A stretch of 63,569 bases of DNA, counting the filler, from Olpidium bornovanus S191 (taxonomy: Eukaryota > Fungi > Olpidiomycota), in assembly GCA_017911155.1 (NCBI GenBank). It is 24 parts of 24 records of this genome, joined end to end, with 100 filler letters (N's around TTAATTAATTAA, not from the genome) between each part and the next. Parts side by side here need not be neighbours in the genome. Positions count along the whole stretch, not along the records: positions 58,559 to 60,535 come from JAEFCI010000515.1; positions 60,636 to 62,106 come from JAEFCI010006474.1; positions 62,207 to 63,569 come from JAEFCI010008373.1; 21 more parts are not named here. The stretch is one strand, 5' to 3'. The first letter of the stretch is position 1, and each line of letters begins with the position of its first letter. Of this stretch, positions 59,861 to 63,569 are shown one piece after another. The position numbers and the translations under genes are program-made. Below the pieces are notes generated by a model. That model was not told where the DNA came from and ran no database searches. It was given only the letters and a program-made list of their open reading frames with translations.

Positions 59861-61610
59861 GGGGGACGAAGGGAAGGGTTCCAAGGTGAAAGGCTGGCCT
59901 GACTCTTGGGTGTGATTTCCAAGGGCTACATGCGTCTCGGTCTTTATTGTGTTGGCGGCGCTGGTTTCTGCCATCGTCGGCTCATAGCCCAGGTCGTGTG
60001 CATGGCGCGACGTGCAGACCTCTGCGAACTTTTTCTCTCCCTCGCTCTCTCTCTCTCTCTTTCTCTGCTCACCTGCATGGTGCCCAGGGAGACTTCGCCG
60101 TGTTAATGCTGTGAACGCCTGTCATGGATGGTCTCGGCCGTGGGCGTGATCGCGGGGCAGGCGACAGGGAACGATCGCGTCGGGAGCAGGCGTCTCGTTC
60201 TCGATCGTGCCGATATCTTGCATGTCGCGTCTCACAAGCCCGTGGGGCACGACTGGCATTCCTGTGTTGACTTCGTGATCCAGGAGAAGGCGGGGGAGAA
60301 TTTCGCGGCGGTCCGCACGCGCGCGCCACATCACATCAACATCGGGCGAACCTTGGAAAGTGGCCGCCTGGACAGCAAAGTGTCGAAACAAAGGCCGGGG
60401 AGTCTGACGAGAAGCATGTAGCTGTGCTTGCGGCCGCGCCCGCCAGGAAGCAATTTTGCGGAGGGAATGACCCGTTCAACGTATCCTGCCGGGCGTCGGA
60501 CCAGCGGCCCTCTGTGGGCTCGCGTCCGCCCAAAANNNNNNNNNNNNNNNNNNNNNNNNNNNNNNNNNNNNNNNNNNNNTTAATTAATTAANNNNNNNNN
60601 NNNNNNNNNNNNNNNNNNNNNNNNNNNNNNNNNNNAAGGGCAAAATGATGCAAAGGGAGTGAAACCGGAGGGAAATCGAGGGAAAACGGGGTTCGGAGCT
60701 AGAGCAATCGAAGCCGGGGTCGACGCCCGCAAAAGCCATTTTGGGCGCCGACAACGGGCCGCCTTCTCGGCCAAGGTCTCTGTCTCTGCGGGGTTGCCGC
60801 CGGGGTCAGTCACCATCGTTGACTGCTGACCGTGCGCGTCCGTGACGGTGTCCGTGACCGTCCAACACAGAGAGAAGGGTGAGGGATGGTCGGATGGTCG
60901 GATGGTCGGATGGTCGGATGCCGATGCAGAAAGCAGGGCGTCGGCCGCGGCCGCAGCGTTGCTTTGGGTGAGTGCCTGGTATGAGTGCTTTTTTGAAGAA
61001 ATGCCAGCCTACTGCGTGAGTACGGGTACTCATAGTTAGCGAGGACTGCCTCGTTTACCGTAGTATCCTGCGTCCCAGAGGCTTCACCCCTTTCCAGCGT
61101 TCCCTCTCGGCCGCCCCTAACCCCCCTCCCCCTTCCCCCCGCACCCCACAACACCGTCCTCTACAAGGAAGGCAAAAAAAAAGAAAAAAGAGCGGGCCGC
61201 GTGGGACTGAAAAGACGAACGAGCCCGTGCGAACGCTCCCCTCACCTCTCGCAGCTTAAGACGCGTCGCGCAGCGTCGGTCGCCGACCCAGGAAGACCGC
61301 AGGTGATTGCCGGGCGCTCCTTCCGAGCACGCTCGCCGGGGGACGCGGGACAAGGAACGTCGAGGGACATCGAGAGAGAGAGAAAGAGAGAGAGAGAGAA
61401 AGAGAGGCTTCTTCTGCGGGACCCAACGAACGGGACTGCGCTGGTCCGCTCGGGAGGCGCTTGCGGGAGGACGGCAAGCCGGCTGTGTTGCCGCCTCTGT
61501 TTCATCACCGGCGCCGTATTCGCCCGCGCGACGTCTGCGTGTGCTCCGTCTTCTCCTTCGTGCGTCCATCGGAAACGCTTGCTGCCGACCGAAGTGCTTA
61601 AGCCTTCGGG

Positions 61611-62079
61611 ATGGCCGCCAGCATACTTTCCACCAAACAGAATGATGAGCTGTGAGTTTTGCCGGGATATTGAAGAATTGGATCCGTGTGCGCTCTGATC
61701 TCCAGCACCGTGCTGGATTTGGTCGGAACTCCAAGTTCAGTGGATTGTGAAGTTTCACTACCAAAGGAACGAGCAGCGGCGAAGATCATTTCTGCGCCCG
61801 GTGCTTCGTTAAAACTGCGTGGTTTTTCCCCTCTTGCGCGCAGTTCGCACGCATGCGGCAGACGTCAATGGCTAGGTGCAGCCTGACGCATGCAGCCCAA
61901 TGCTTCAATTTCGTAGGCAAAAATCGATCTTGGACTTCCTGCATAAGCATGGGTTTAAGGAGTCGTACGAGGCATTTAAAAAAGAAACGAATAACGAGGA
62001 TTTCACCGCGGACCCAACGCAGAAATACTTTGGCCTTCTCGAGAAGAAATGGACGTCCGTCATTCGGTTACAAAAAAAG
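61611..62079 (+). CDS. LIS1: LIS1/NudF/Pac1 dynein regulator, N-terminal LisH region
   Basis: Exons 61611-61651 and 61917-62079 read MAASILSTKQNDEL|QKSILDFL...KYFGLLEKKWTSVIRLQKK. Confidence 0.95.
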
Positions 62080-62206
62080 GTGCGCTTATGGGAATCCTCA
62101 ACCATGNNNNNNNNNNNNNNNNNNNNNNNNNNNNNNNNNNNNNNNNNNNNTTAATTAATTAANNNNNNNNNNNNNNNNNNNNNNNNNNNNNNNNNNNNNN
62201 NNNNNN

Positions 62207-62256
<50 letters not shown>

Positions 62257-62594
62257 AGCACAAAAACAGCCCCGAAAAAGGAGAACTTCCGGGAGACGGA
62301 TGAGGAACCGGCTGTCCCAACTGGTTATGAGGCCAAACGGCGCCGCCGCGTCACTAACCGGCAGCTTTCCTTTTCCTCCTCCTCCTCTTCGAGTCTTTCC
62401 GGCCTTGCGCCATTCTACATGTTTTTCTTGGCCGAGATACGACAGGGCCTTCTCCCTCCCCCCCCCCCCAATCCTCCTCTACTTACGGCACTTCCCCTCA
62501 GCTAGACGGGTTGCCTTGACCGACTGGAAAATGGAAAGGAGAATTTAACTAGGCGGAAAAAACGAGAGGGGAAGGGGGGGCACAACCACAAGGT

Positions 62595-63569
62595 TTGCAC
62601 GAGAGGAATGCCTAGCCCTTGACGTGCTTCTCCTGCTTTACGCGGGCGAGAGCTTTTGTGAGGATGTCGGCCGTCATTGCCTCAGTCGAAATGGCTTGGA
62701 GAGCGATCTCGCGGCGCTCGACGCACTCGCGACATGATGCCAACGGATATCGGTTGTTTTGGTCTCGCGTTGTTGCTCGGATGTTGGACGAGTCGGAAAC
62801 CACCCCCGATTGTCCTCGTAGATGGTGATCGGCAGACACTCGATGCCGATCTCAACGAAAAGTGTGCGCAGCCAAACCGCCTCCTTCGATCTTCGGAAAG
62901 CGCGATGTACTTGACCGCCGTGGTAGAAGTCGCGACTACTTGTTGGCATCGACTGCGCCAACACACGGCGGCGCCACCGACCAGGAAGATGTGTCCGCTC
63001 GTGGACCGACGGGTTTCCCTGCACACAGCATTGTCAGCATCGACAAAGCCCACGGCGTGTTCGTCGTTGCCCCCCGAAACGGACAGTAAAGTCGGCGGTA
63101 GTGAGGAGATAATTCAGGACGCGAAGCACAGCGGTCCAGTCGACGTCGTGCTGTGCCGATTGGCGAAATCCTTGGTTCCTGGCGACGAACCCGGACATAC
63201 AATTAAGTGAATTCTACTCTAAAGTATTTAAATAGATTCGAACCAATCGAAATTATTATATATGCGATGCATATCTCATTAATGCAAATATAATGGTTCA
63301 TATCTAATTAGTAATGCTTAAATGTAATACCACCAGGTTGAGCCTGGTGAGGCATTATCCACTATAAATGGACACATAATATATATTCAATAGTATATTT
63401 ATATAAATACAAGCTCCGGACCTCGGGGCGCGTGGCCATCGCAAGGAAGAGAAGCGCCGCGACTAAGGCGTGGGTACCTTTGGACGTCGTCGAGTGGCTT
63501 ATCACGTTATTTGGGATCAATTTCCTCGGCGATGCCGCTGGAAGTAGGACTGGATTGGAATGCTGCATG
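62595..63569 (-). mobile_element. Ty1/copia RT-RNase H remnant, frameshifted
   Basis: ALVAALLFLAMATRPEV ... WTAVLRVLNYL ... GFVDADNA...RRSTSGHIF...VCWRSRCQQVVATST ... IYEDN ... DIRWH ... MTADILTKAL. Confidence 0.92.
63203..63406. other. AT-rich 204-bp insertion inside the copia RT, flanked by ATACAA direct repeats
   Basis: ATACAA at 63197-63202 and 63407-63412, with an abrupt composition change and an internal hairpin CACCAGG-TTGAG-CCTGGTG. Confidence 0.6.

Noticed and set aside
59164-59974. Poly-Pro/poly-Gly ORFs here and at 10311-10390, 15420-15700, 33460-33535 and elsewhere
   Set aside because: They arise from G/C homopolymer runs whose length is unreliable in short-read assemblies; the real gene here is HGH1.
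4858-62162. Regularly recurring TTAATTAATTAA as a biological repeat or array
   Set aside because: Always centred in 44+44 N; it is a six-frame-stop scaffolding linker.

Overview
This window is not contiguous DNA. It is 24 short contigs (about 1-6.4 kb) joined by 23 identical 100-bp linkers (N44-TTAATTAATTAA-N44), so adjacency across a linker carries no biological meaning. The DNA is eukaryotic, GC-rich and intron-rich, with many long homopolymer runs. Fungal-type housekeeping genes (VPS68, VPS18, HGH1, LIS1/NudF, RPS20, MPST/TUM1) occur together with flagellar genes (CFAP73/CCDC42, CFAP97-domain). This points to a zoosporic fungus; an Olpidium-like draft assembly is my inference and is unverified. 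Mobile DNA is abundant and decayed: LTR-retrotransposon gag and pol remnants, a pogo/Tigger transposase split by two solo-LTR-like inserts, a hAT remnant, and a ~0.75-0.9 kb non-coding repeat found on two contigs. The most notable observations are: two small secreted-peptide precursors (one cationic with GGWH repeats, one with an EP/xP pro-region); an LTR element combining a gypsy-like capsid gag with a copia/Ty5-type half-tRNA primer site; a BTB + ElonginA-like + LRR protein; at least two GC-AG introns; and a frameshifted, divergent H2B. I found no tRNA, rRNA or CRISPR array. All family calls come from motif recognition by eye; no database searches were run.
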